A stretch of DNA of 63,509 bases, filler included, from Octopus bimaculoides (taxonomy: Eukaryota), in the NCBI RefSeq assembly GCF_001194135.2. It is 5 parts of 5 records of this genome, joined end to end, with 100 filler letters (N's around TTAATTAATTAA, not from the genome) between each part and the next. Parts side by side here need not be neighbours in the genome. Positions count along the whole stretch, not along the records: positions 1 to 4,538 come from NC_068995.1; positions 4,639 to 30,151 come from NC_068997.1; 3 more parts are not named here. One strand, written 5' to 3'. The notes under the pieces were generated by a model. That model ran no database searches. It worked only from the letters and a program-made list of their open reading frames with translations, and was not told where the DNA came from. The stretch's first letter is position 1. The number at the start of each line of letters is the position of its first letter. Shown in pieces: positions 1-11,483 of this stretch. The translations under genes and the position numbers were made by a program.

Positions 1-6
1 CAATAT

Positions 7-330
7 CAGTGAAGAATTTCACTGGAAAAGAAGATATAAGTTTGCCAGGTTTTTGTCCCTCTCACCAAGGTCATCAGCTGTCGGACGCCGACGAAGGGAA
101 ATAACCCTGAAATCCGGATACGTTCGTGCTGCAGATCGAGGTGAGAGGGATAACTTCCCTTGGCAAACAGGACACAGTCGTGTGTCCTTTAAGCCAGCTG
201 GAGGAGATGTCCTCCTGGGGCTAAAAGCAACAGTAACATCCACCCCTAGGGGTCAGCCACACTTAAGTGGCAATATACTACACTTTATCGTGCAGTTACT
301 GTTAATACTTCATTTAGAGAATTAACATAT
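7..330 (+). mobile_element. Highly structured hammerhead-containing repeat unit (retrozyme-like or Penelope-type terminal repeat); may be cut by the window start
   Basis: Nested inverted repeats 40-47/161-168 and 56-66/140-150 enclose the hammerhead. Further hairpins at 7-24, 169-188, 200-215, 256-271 and palindrome 242-253. Ends in a (TA)n run near 325-340. Confidence 0.55.
82..126 (+). ncRNA. Type I hammerhead ribozyme fold (U4C core variant)
   Basis: Stem I CGGACG(82-87)/CGTTCG(121-126); core CCGACGA (88-94, consensus CUGANGA); stem II AGGG/CCCT (95-98/105-108); GAAA (109-112); palindromic stem III ATCCGGAT (112-119); cleavage triplet AUA (118-120). Confidence 0.8.
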
Positions 331-574
331 ATATATATACACATACTTATATATATGTGTGTGCGACTGAATGTTGAACACATTAAGAGATATGTATGTA
401 AGGGTCTTTATGTGATTTGCCTGAGTATTTTGGTATATGAACCATTTTCAATAATTATCACACCCCTCTAAATCTGTTGACCTTGAGCGAAAATTTGGAA
501 TCATTATTATTATTATTATTATTATTATTTTTGTTGTTGTTGTTGTTGTTATTTGCTCATAATCTGTATGTTTG

Positions 575-1130
575 TTGCAATCACTCTCCGAGACACACTC
601 AGCGTCCTAGGGCGAGTGAAGGCTAATGGATGTTAAGGTATAACTGAAAACATGGGGAAAGGAAGTGGCAAGAGCAGTAGTGAAATATCTTCATACACTA
701 CGTCACATACATTTAAATTGACAGTCTTTCTAAAATTGTGGGCAGTATTTGTCACCACAATCTTTTGAATTTCTCTGGGACATGGTTCTCCTGAGATGTT
801 ATGTAGATGTTTCTGACATCTCTTTCTGATCATACCTAGGGCACGCACAACAACAGGAGCAATTCTCGTTTTAAGATGCCACATCTGTTGCATTTAATTT
901 TCCAGATCATTATATTTACTTAGATTGCCAAATCCTTTACAGATATATATTTATCAGTGGGGACACTTACATCTATTAGTTTACAAGTATATTTTTCTCA
1001 CTGTTTAAAGACTATGTCTGGTTGATTAGCCTGGATCGTTCTGTCGGAGTTGACTGGGAAAATCCTAGAAGATAGTGGCATTTTTCCCTTCAACGACTGA
1101 CTCACAATGATATTCATACCATTAAGCATG
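575..1130 (-). mobile_element. R4/Dong-like non-LTR retrotransposon 3' fragment (RLE domain, decayed)
   Basis: Frameshifted minus-strand translation includes NQPDIVFK..TCKLIDVSVPTDK and MWHLKTRIAPVVVRALGMI..EIQKIVVTNTAHNFRK, matching the PD..D RLE domain and IGALG..TAHILRK terminus. The 3' end runs into the (AAC)/(TAA) repeat at 502-552. Confidence 0.75.
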
Positions 1131-1164
1131 AGTGCTGATTGTGTACTGTTTACAGATTTACCAT

Positions 1165-1239
1165 TTTAAAATTATTATTATCATCATCATCATTCTTCTT
1201 CTTCTTCTTCTTCTTCTTCTTCTTCTTCTTCTTCTTCTT

Positions 1240-1316
<77 letters not shown>

Positions 1317-1325
1317 TGTTATTAT
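1165..1325. repeat. Compound microsatellite (TCA)n(TTC)n(TTA)n
   Basis: Directly visible; separates two R4-like fragments. Confidence 0.95.
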
Positions 1326-1329
1326 TCCT

Positions 1330-2315
1330 TCGTAACACAGTGTAAGTGAAAATGCGCCGGAGTAATTACCTCAATACTTTCCTTAAGATGTGCTCCGCAC
1401 CCAGTAAGGCTGCTTTTTGCAAGACATCAGTCTTGCATGGGCTTTCGAGCTGTCTTGAGAAGTTTTGAAGTTTCAGTGAGATTGAGCCCAGTGCTCCGAT
1501 CACAATTGGTGTAACATTTACATTACTCTCTCGCATTCCATGCAGTATTGTCATATCGCCTTTCAATTCGGTGTATTTGGAGATTTTCTCAACCTCTTTA
1601 CTCACAACATTCATGTCATTTGGTATGGCTACATCAATGATCTGACAGCATTTGTCTCTCTTATTCAATATGACAATATCCAGCCGACGGTGTTCACTTA
1701 CACGATCCGTCTGAAAATCATAGTCCCAGAGAATCCTTACTTTTCTATCCTCCTGCATAACTTTACTTAGTACATGCTCATACCAGTTCTCTGTTACTTC
1801 ATATTGGTAAGAACCAATGAAGATACACACACATTTTATCGTGGTGGCGCTTGTATACGTTTTGTGCAAGGCTCTCACATCTATTTACCAAGTGGGTCAC
1901 ATTTTTCACAGAGTCTGCATTTCTGGGTGTGAGAAGTTTTAAAGATTTTATATTTCACTGAATTGGTAGCGAGAGCCTGGTCTTGTGCAGCAATGATCAG
2001 GCTTTCGGTGGTACACTTCAAATCACCTCGCTCAAGCCATGTCCACGATGCTGTATTATCCTTAACATCTTGTGTATTCCTTTCAAACTGTCCATGCACT
2101 TTCAGTTCAAGAAGGTCTTCGCTTCTCTTCTCCTCAGCTCTTTGGTTAAACTCTTCCTTATACAATGGTCTATACCAATTAGTCCTCTGCCAACATTCTT
2201 TTCATATACAGTCTGTTTACTTTTGCTTTAGGATGTAGCACCTCATGTAACGTCATCAACTTTCTCGTCCTTCTATCCAGTGTTGATATTTCCTCCTTAG
2301 TCCATTTGAGTATGG
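1330..2315 (-). mobile_element. R4/Dong-like non-LTR retrotransposon, 5'-truncated ~1 kb (end of RT, CCHC knuckle, RLE)
   Basis: ORFs 1881-2165 (LIIAAQDQALATN..CRLCEKCD) and 1366-1878 (ILWDYDFQTDRVSEHRRLDIVI..IIDVAIP..EKISKY..IVIGALG..LQKAALLGAEHILRKVL). The 3' end TACACTGTGTTACGAAGG is followed by (AAT)n on the sense strand. Confidence 0.9.

Positions 2316-2393
<78 letters not shown>
2316..2393. repeat. (ATT)n microsatellite
   Basis: Directly visible. Confidence 0.95.
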
Positions 2394-2935
2394 GAGTGAG
2401 AGAGCAGTGCATGCCATCAAAGTAACACTGGGGTAAAATATACGAAGCACGTTACACCCATCAGGAATACCCGTCTGATAAGGGTACACTAGGCACATGC
2501 ATCACAACCATATGTGCGCGACATGGCGATCTCATATCAAGGTAAACAGCACATGACCTCACAGGAAGGGCCCAGTTAGAATTTTCTTGAGGTCGAGTAG
2601 CCCATCCCGCTCAAAAGTTGTGTTTAAGGATGTTGAGCAAAACACCCATATTTCCAAAGGGGAATTATTGAAACTCCAAAGAATTCCTCTCAGCATATGA
2701 CTATGATGCTCCCCCACTACTTCTGCTCATGATCAGAGATCCACATATTGTCAGCCACCAAGGGACATGCTCAAATGGTTAAGGTCAAACAACTGACAAG
2801 CTAAAATCTGTGTTATTAAGCAGGATATTTGCTGTAGCCCATATTTTATACCAAGACAAAACAATGTACATGATAACACTTCCAATCAATTAAGATCAGA
2901 AGCCACGAGAGCCACTGCGTGGTACTGCATCCGGC
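2394..2935 (-). mobile_element. Unclassified interspersed repeat whose minus-strand 3' end abuts (TAA)n; possibly a long 3' UTR or non-autonomous derivative of a LINE
   Basis: Higher-complexity non-coding block recalled as an abundant octopus repeat (not verified by search); ends ...CTCTCTCACTC(AAT)n on the minus strand. Confidence 0.45.
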
Positions 2936-2954
2936 CATGGCCAACTTAATAATC

Positions 2955-3153
2955 AAGGCGGTGAGCGAGCAGAATCGTTAGCACGCTAGCCGAAATGTTC
3001 TGAGTTCAAGCACCGCCGCGGTCGACTTTGCCTATCATCTTTTCTGGGTCGATAGATTAATTACTACATGAGTACTTGAGTCGATGTGATCGTCTATACC
3101 ATTTCCAAATTATCCAGGTCTTGTGCCAAGAGGAGAAAGGATTATTATTATTA
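2955..3153 (+). mobile_element. tRNA-derived SINE, family B (GGCGGTGAGCTGGCAGAATCGTTAGC...TTCTGAGTTCAAAT...GGCCTTGTGCC...AGAAAGG(ATT)n)
   Basis: A/B-box-like head; body shared with more than 10 other copies in the window; (ATT)n tail. Confidence 0.8.
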
Positions 3154-3154
3154 T

Positions 3155-3450
3155 AGCTGTTGTTGATTTGGTTTGTCTCAGATCCTTTTTATTTCTAGAA
3201 GGGATTATGTGAATAGCAGATTCCTACTTGTGACCTGAGGTATACACAGGTTTTCAACAGTCTTTCAAATTTTTACGATCCTCATGATAATCCTTGAGAC
3301 AAGCTTTCTGTAGGAGCTCCACCGAGCATTTTATTTCAATCTCCCTCAGCCACTGGTCTATATCTCGGGTTACTGTTCCCAGCGTACCAATTATTATGGG
3401 CACGACCTTACTATTCGCACGCTCTAACTTCTTCCTATTTCAAATTTTAG
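3155..3450 (-). mobile_element. R4/Dong-like RLE C-terminal fragment (distinct subfamily)
   Basis: Minus translation KVVPIIIGTLGTVTRDIDQWLREIEIKCSVELLQKACL; the 3' end runs into the ATT tail of the preceding SINE. Confidence 0.7.
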
Positions 3451-3478
3451 GGGAATTACTACTACTACTACTACTACT

Positions 3479-3516
<38 letters not shown>

Positions 3517-3974
3517 AATCATCGTCATTATTATTAGTATTATTATTATTATTAATATTATTATCATTATTATTATTATATTATTATTATATCTATGTTA
3601 TTATATATTATATATCTTGGTTATGTCCTAGTGAATAAATATTTTGCTAAATTTTTAAGATTATTTAAAAAAATTTGGTATATACACGTACGGATTATGA
3701 TTGGTGGGTATAAGTTTACTTTTAAAATGAGTTGGTTAAGACAACACACAAAACTTAATGTCTTCCACATTCTTCAGAAAACAAAATTTGGAATAGATGT
3801 ATTGTTAGACATTATAGAAATGTTTGAATCATAAAGAATATTATTGTCAAGAATGTGGCAAATATTTATTCCGTGACGCAAACTTCAGTGATTTAATACT
3901 GAATATGAAATAGAAATTGTCAGAATAACTTATACTTTTATGATGGTGCGTTAAAATATATTTCCAGCGGAAAG

Positions 3975-4180
3975 ACGGCGCGCTGGCAGAAACTTTAGCA
4001 CGCCGGGCGAAATGCTTAGCGGTATTTCGTCTACCGCTACCTTCAAATTCCGAGGTCCACTTTGCCTTTCATCCTTTCGGGGTCGATTAAATAAGTACCG
4101 GTTACGCACTGGGGTCGATATAAACGACTTAATCCGTTTGTCCCCTTGGTGTGTAGCACCTTGTGGGTAGTAAAGAAATA
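3975..4180 (+). mobile_element. SINE family B copy (CpG-retaining)
   Basis: CGCTGGCAGAAACTTTAGCACGCCGGGCGAAATGCTTAGCGGTATTTCG...GGGGTCGAT...TGTGGGTAGTAAAGAAATA. Confidence 0.8.
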
Positions 4181-4538
4181 ACACACGTGACAGCGGAAAA
4201 GCTCTGTGATATCATTAATTACATTAATGAGAAGAAAAGCAGTTACGATTTTTTAAGATATATTCTTTTACTAAGTATCGAAACAATATTGATCATAAGA
4301 AATAAATCATAAATAGGAGGAGGAATGTGCTCGTTTGACAACCACATATTTTCCGGTTCATTCCGAGTACGCGGTAGATTGAGCAAATGTCTTCTAACGT
4401 AGCGCCAGCCGAGACAATAATTTGAATGTGAAACCGGTGCAGGAAAACTGTGTGAAAGCCCGTCGTGTCATGGATACATGAAAATATGTATATGTATATG
4501 TATATATCCATTTATATATACCTATATATATATATATA

Positions 4539-4638
4539 NNNNNNNNNNNNNNNNNNNNNNNNNNNNNNNNNNNNNNNNNNNNTTAATTAATTAANNNNNN
4601 NNNNNNNNNNNNNNNNNNNNNNNNNNNNNNNNNNNNNN
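4539..4638. other. Assembly gap with artificial TTAATTAATTAA linker (44N-12-44N)
   Basis: The identical 100-bp structure recurs at 30152-30251, 59672-59771 and 62293-62392; the linker has stops in all six frames. Confidence 0.95.
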
Positions 4639-4684
<46 letters not shown>

Positions 4685-4699
4685 ATAATGACAATAATA

Positions 4700-4830
4700 C
4701 TTGGATGGAATTTATAAACTTTTAATGCATCACTGTGCACGTTTTCACAGATCACATGTCTCTTAAGATTACAGTGTTGTCTGTAATATTCGTGGGCATC
4801 CAATTGATAATTATCATGGATTCATTTCAT
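4700..4830. repeat. Unclassified dispersed repeat, second copy at ~44687-44835
   Basis: Shared blocks GATGGAATTTATAAA...CACATGTCTCTTAAGAT(T/C)ACAGT...TCATGGATTC in both locations. Confidence 0.65.
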
Positions 4831-5803
4831 CAGGCAATATAACATTAGTAGATGAAACACAGGTGGATGTTTTTCTCTTTTTACCAGTATGAAGGTCAAA
4901 CAAGTAAACAAGTTATATCAGCATTTCTGTGTGTAATCAGCGGGGAGGAGCAGAAGGTGGTGGGAACAGAGGAAGGAATTGTAGTTATATGGGGGTGGAG
5001 ATGCGTGTGGTGGTGTTAGATTTATATATATATATATATTAGTTAAAAAGAGGGTGTGGTAAAACAGCCTGCATTTTCAAATTCAACTTTTAATTACTTT
5101 TCAGCAATTAGAATTTTCAAGTCACTTCATACCTTGATTGAAATTATTCATTAAACAGATTTTTTCTTCTCAGTGTTGGAAATCAACTACATTAGATATG
5201 GTAGTAACAAGTCAACACTTTGTTTTCCAGGCAGAAGTGGTGTCTAAGTAATTTTTGATCAATCATTATTTTATTCCAATGTAGTAAATATTCTACAATA
5301 TATGTTTTTCACAAGCTCTATGAATAAAACATAATCCTTTCACTTTCTTAATTCTTTATATTTTTACTCTTAAATATAATTCTATCATCTTTAGACATCA
5401 TCCGTAATAATTTGATTTATTTATGACCATCCATTGTAGTTTGTCTATTTTAAAACAAGTTCGATTGTCCTATTGATTCAGACACTTCTTGGAGAGAACT
5501 TTTAGTATAGCATTCTTTTGCAACTACCATTTGCGGTGCCAAACTTTGGTTAGGCAAATGTAATACTGGTGGCAAAATTTTCTATACACATTACTAATAT
5601 GTCGAGTTTTTTTCTAGAAAACTATTGAACTTACAGTAGTAATATGATGATGTTGGTGATGATGATGATGATGATAATTACCTGAAAACATAAATGCCTT
5701 TCAGAATCACATGCAAAGTAGAGTAGTTTTCATCACATGAAACTTCTTATATCTAAATATCTAACATTTTAGGATGGTGATGGTGGTAGTGGTGGTGGTG
5801 GTG

Positions 5804-6095
5804 GCAAGAATTGAAGGTGGAAATGGCAAGACTGTATGGAATGCGAGAGGGTAATGTAAAGGTGATACCAGTGGTGATCGGTGGACTGGGCTCAATCCAT
5901 TGAAACTTCGAAACTTCTTCAGGCAACTGGCAATCCCATGCAAGATTGATGTCTTGCAAAAAACAGCCTTATTGAGCACAGCACACATCTTAAGGGAAGT
6001 ATTATCTGTCTGAGGTCCTTGTTGTAACTTGACAGATGACTAAAGACTCTGGTGCATTATCACCTACACTGTGTTATAAAGGAATAATAATAATA
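5804..6095 (+). mobile_element. R4/Dong-like 3' fragment, same subfamily as 1330-2315
   Basis: ELKVEMARLYGMREGNVKVIPVVIGGLGSI..PCKIDVLQKTALLSTAHILREVL; same 3' end TACACTGTGTTATAAAGG(AAT)n. Confidence 0.8.
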
Positions 6096-6112
6096 ATAAT
6101 AAAAATAATAAT

Positions 6113-6437
6113 ATGGAAAAACTTTCAAAATACAAAGACCTGGAAATAGAGATAACTCGAATGTGGAATCTAAAAACAGAAACAATTCCTATCATAGTAG
6201 GTGCCTTGGGTATAATAAAAAAATATTCAGACAAATACATAACAAAAATACCAGGACTTACAAATATATATAACATACAGAAAATTGCACTACTGGGTAC
6301 TGCACACATTCTACGCAAAACACTTTCAATACAGTAAACATAAGAGCACCACAGCAAACCACAGCACATACCCAAGGCGCACAGAGCTGCGCTCGGTAGT
6401 GAAGTGAAAGCACGTTATAAAAATAAAACTACTGAAC

Positions 6438-6440
<3 letters not shown>
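6113..6440 (+). mobile_element. R4/Dong-like 3' fragment (another subfamily) inside the TAA tail of the previous copy
   Basis: ORF 6113-6337 EKLSKYKDLEIEITRMWNLKTETIPIIVGALGII..QKIALLGTAHILRKTLSIQ, then 3' UTR and (AAT)n. Confidence 0.9.
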
Positions 6441-6470
<30 letters not shown>

Positions 6471-6504
6471 TATTATTATTATTATTATTATTATTAATTT
6501 TATT

Positions 6505-6719
6505 AAGGTAGTGAGATGGTAGGATTGTTAGTACTTCACAGAAAATGCTTGGTAACATTTCTTTCAATTCTTCACACTGAGTTCAAATCTCACCAAGATC
6601 AACTTGTCATCTTTTCCAGGTCAATCCAAATGTACAAGCTGAATACTGGCTGGGGTCAATGTAATTGATATGCCTCCTCCCAACCCAAAGTAGCTGATCT
6701 TGTGCCCAAATTAGAAAGA

Positions 6720-6760
<41 letters not shown>
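6505..6760 (+). mobile_element. SINE family B copy (diverged) with (ATT)n tail
   Basis: GGTAGTGAGATGGTAGGATTGTTAG...CTGAGTTCAAAT...GGGGTCAATGTAATTGA...CTTGTGCCC...AGAAAGA(ATT)n. Confidence 0.7.
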
Positions 6761-6764
<4 letters not shown>

Positions 6765-7626
6765 AACCTCATTAACATTATATATATAGGAATAGAAGTA
6801 TATTAGTAAAAAACTAAATTTATTATTCAAAAATCGTACAAAATTTCCACATATCCATTTTTTTCTGATGTGTTGACGTATTTCAACTGATTGCAAAAGA
6901 ACAAAAGAAAGAGAAATTTGGTACTCATTCGTTTTTTATTACTTTTTCTTATCATATTTTTACACATTTCAAATATATTCTTTATTGATTTGAGATTGAA
7001 ATATTTCTTTCCTTCCAATAAACCTATGTTGGTCAGCTCTCTTTCTCTACTAAATAATAGATTAGTTCTCAGAACTGCCCCATTTCACTGGCAACTTTCA
7101 AGTCAATCCAGTTATTTCTAAAGCAACATAAATCACAGCCTAAACCACCAACCCAAACCTCGGCTGCTCTTCAGCACTGAACTTTGGCAAACAACCAAAG
7201 TGAAATTATTCTTTCTTTATTTGCATGCTTACTATTTCCATTCATACTTAATTTTCTTTCTTTTTTTTTTTTTCACTTCCTATTATACAAAATCGGACAA
7301 ACAACAAAGCAGTAGAGGTAAGTTCAATGCCTGAAAGGGCTTATTAAAATTTCTATTTTATAAAACCAAAATATAAAAATGAAGAAAGGAAATATTCATG
7401 GTTATGAATATTTTTATATATAAAAGTGGAAAACTGAATGATGATGAAGAGAAACTAATACTTTTCGAAAAGAGGATTTTAGGCTTTAGATATCACATTC
7501 AATATGTAAGTTTACACTTGAGGGAAGCAAACCACACAAACATATTTTTATACACAGGAAATCACACACACATAAATTTCTGAGTATATAAACACATGAA
7601 ACATACACATATACAAATAACAATAT

Positions 7627-7677
<51 letters not shown>

Positions 7678-8164
7678 CATACATACATACATACAGAGCT
7701 TTGTACAAATGTAGAATATTCTTTAATACATTATAACTGAAAGGCTCTGATTTTTAGTACTGAGAGTTGTTTGTTTCTGATCATCCAGAGAGAAAAGTGA
7801 ACCTGATAAGCAGATAAATGCAATACACAGACAGATATCCAGGTAGACAGACAGAAAGCGCTTGCTAGATATAGGGAGCATTGTAATCTTTACGTTGGTT
7901 ATTCATGCCAGTAGAAGTTAGACAGATTGTGACAGCCCAATTCAGTTCTTATTTGGAGTTATTACCTGCTTGAATTGATCAGACAACCACATTGCATGCA
8001 TACAGTCTGGCTTTTCTTGGTATGGTCTCTAAAGCTGGGTGAAATGCCATGAAGTATTTTGCCTGGATGCTAATGATCCTGCCTTCTGACCACCTTGCTA
8101 ATTCACCAAAATAATAACGATGATGATGATGATGATGACGATAACAACAATAATAATAATAACT

Positions 8165-8770
8165 TCTGGTTTAGGTACAAGACCAGAAATTTTGACATCG
8201 ACCCCAGAATTTGACTTTTACTTTATTCTGTTGACCTCAGGGGGATGAAAGTAAAGTTGATCTCAGTAAGATTTCAAAAGCAAATTGTAAAGAGCAAGGA
8301 AAAACATCAGAGCACATTTTATCTGATATTCTAACAACTCCATCAATCCTCCACCCTAACAACATCAACAACAATTATAATGGCTTTAAATTTTGCCACA
8401 GTTGCAGTCATTTTGGGGGAAGGGACAAGTCTATTACATCGACCCCAGTGTTCAACTGGTACTTAATTTATTGACTGCAAAAGGATGAAAGGTGAAGTCG
8501 ACCTTGGCGGAATTTGACCGCAGAACATAGCAACAGGTGAAATACTACTAAGTATTTTGTCTGGTGCACTAATAATTCTGCCTCAATAATAATAATAATA
8601 ATAATAAGGGGAAGGGGTTAGTTGACTACATTGACCCCAGTACTTGGCAGATACTTCATCATTTCAAGGTCAATAAAATAGAGCTGACCTTGGTAGGATT
8701 TGAACTCAAAATGTGAAGATCAAGCTGAAATACTGCTAAGCATTTTGTCCGATGCTTTAGTGATTCTGTC
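8165..8770 (-). mobile_element. Three head-to-tail SINE family B copies (~8165-8345, 8385-8585, 8605-8770)
   Basis: Each shows the reverse complement of the B body (GACCCCAG..AAAGGATGAAAG..GACCT(T/C)GG..ATTTGA); spacers are AAT/AAC repeats. Confidence 0.7.
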
Positions 8771-10224
8771 AGCAACAGTAATAAATTCAAAAATACAATG
8801 AAATCATGAGAAAAAAAATAAATAAAAATCAGAGAAATCCTGTTAGATTATGAAGTAAATCTCTTGGACAAAAGAAAGCCATTCAAGAAATTGTTAATTT
8901 TGATAATTGGTATTAATTTTATGCTATTTCAGTTCAGTGTTTTAACAAAGCAACATAGAAACTGTCTTGAAACAAACACAAAAATATCATTATTGATGAA
9001 TTGCATTGATTAAATAAAGCACCATGACCAACCATAAGCAATTCTTTAGAGAATAACTTTTCTGAAATGTAAGAATGAGTGATGTTGCTCACCCTTTTTT
9101 CTGGCATCTCTGTTGATCAGTTGTAAAATGTCTTAGTTTTCTTTTTGTTTTTCTTTTCAACAGGCTTAAATCTCCTTCTGTATAAACTTTCACCTCTGCT
9201 CATCATTCATTTGATACAATGAAGGAAATAGGTTACAGAGCAAAAGCATGAAAATGTACTGTTGTCTAGTTAATGTACACTTGCATTTTCACCATCTGAA
9301 AGGAAAGGAACTTATTAGACAAGCCAGAGAACAGCAGCCAAACAATAATAATGTGATCTTTCATTTATTGTTTTTGATATCCCAATAGCCTTAATTTATT
9401 AGAAATCTGATCTAGTTTCATCAAAAGCAAAAAAAAAAAAAATGGTTTGTATAAAAAAGATTAGCAGCATACATTTAGTCCTCTGTGAGGTGTGACATTT
9501 TCTCAGCTACTTAGAAATCCCTGACAGCAATCAGAGAAATATCATATTTTTGTTAATAGCCAAACACTTGTTTCTTATTCTAAAGATTTTGACCTATAGA
9601 CAGTTCTTCATACTGAGGTCGTTGAAAAATTCACTTCCCAACTATGCGGTCTGGGATTCGGTCCCACTGTGTGCAGCCTTGAGCAAGTCTCTTCTTCTAT
9701 AACCCCAAGTTATGTTTTAGATAAAAATTTATCATAAAAACTTAGCTAGATATAATTGCAAAGAAAATGAAACACATAAATCAGAGGAGAAAGGAAAATA
9801 AAACGATGTCATTTACATTATTTTGAAGACAAGATATGTAAACTTTTGGTGATCCACATCGAGGATCATAATATATTTGGTGGTTAATCTTTAAGGGAAA
9901 AAATAACTTCTGGAAATAATTTTCACTTGAAACAAAATCAAAATCCCTATCAAAAGGTAAACAAATTATTTTACTGAATCTCAGAGCTTAAAATTTACAT
10001 GCTTCATGGTTCTGTTTTGAAATCTCAACAATTTACATCTAATATTTAACTCTCCATGAATTCCTCAAGCTTTGAAAGAATATTTGTTTCAGTTACAGGT
10101 CGTTGGCAACAAAGAATTATGTGGTGTATCCAGGATTACAATAAATCAACTCCAGTTTAAACATATATATGTGATATCAGTGTGTGTGTGTGTGTGTGTG
10201 TATACATATATATATATATATATA

Positions 10225-10445
10225 TTGAGGCTGTGAGCTGGCAGAATCATTAGCATGTCAGACAGAATGCTTAAGAGCATCTCGTCTGTCTTTATGTTCT
10301 GAGTTCAAATTCTGCCGAGGTCCACTTTACCTTTCATCCTTTCAGGGTTAATAAAATAAGTACCAGTTGAAAACTGGGGTCAATGTAATCAACATAGCCT
10401 CTTCCCCAAACCCACAGGACAGGCCTTGTGCCAAAATTTGAAATC
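10225..10445 (+). mobile_element. SINE family B copy
   Basis: GGCTGTGAGCTGGCAGAATCATTAGC...TTCTGAGTTCAAATTCTGCCGAGG...GGCCTTGTGCCAAAATTTGAAATC. Confidence 0.8.
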
Positions 10446-10556
10446 AATATATATATATATGTATATACACACAAATATATATTCATATACATACACACAA
10501 TAATATATATGTATGTGTGTCTATACAAATATATATATGTGAGTGGATGTGTGTGT

Positions 10557-10610
<54 letters not shown>

Positions 10611-10734
10611 GAAAAGAGAGAGAAAGCTATGTAGATAGATACATAGATAGTTTGATAGATATTGTGAATACATATACATACACACACACATCGATATATA
10701 CATACATTTATGCATATGTAAATGCATGCATGTA

Positions 10735-10768
<34 letters not shown>

Positions 10769-11391
10769 GGCACACAACGAATTTCAATTAGTTGTAGAGA
10801 GCTCACAGATAATAAATGACTTCATTAAATGAATTAAGATGTGCCTCATGAAGTTTTTGAGTGTATGTGAGAGAGAGTGTGGGTGTGTGTCTAGTTTTCC
10901 CATAAATCACCCTGAGGTATTTTAACTTTTCTTACTTAATATCGTGCCTACTAGATCACTCTGCAGTCTTTTCACTACCTCCCTAACACAAGATGTTTTC
11001 AGTTGTATATAAATACTCTTGCTTCATCATTTCTCCATTCTTTTTGTCGGTTAACTCATAATGCAAAAATGAAATGAAAATGAATAAAGAGAAATAATTC
11101 AGAAAGGCCAGTGGCATGTATTTTTAATAACAAATAATAAGTGTATATTAAGTACCATACTACATGAATTCTTGGTTTATAAAAATCATCTCTGTTTTCA
11201 GAGATGGTAGAATAATCACTTGGTGGCAATTGAGACTAACTCCTAATAAAAAGGAAAGATAATCTCAAAAATCAATAATCTTCCTTACACAAACACACAC
11301 ACATATATATATAAGACACACAAACCTATATATGCTCTGTGATGCATCTACCATATATATATTTGTATACACATACACACACAATGCACAC

Positions 11392-11483
<92 letters not shown>

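Noticed and set aside
4420-4445. GAAACCGGT palindrome resembling hammerhead stem III
   Set aside because: Followed by G (no valid NUH site) and no upstream core.
4583-4594. Recurring TTAATTAATTAA palindrome (also at 30196, 59716, 62337)
   Set aside because: Always centred in exactly 44+44 Ns and has stops in all six frames; an assembly linker, not biology.
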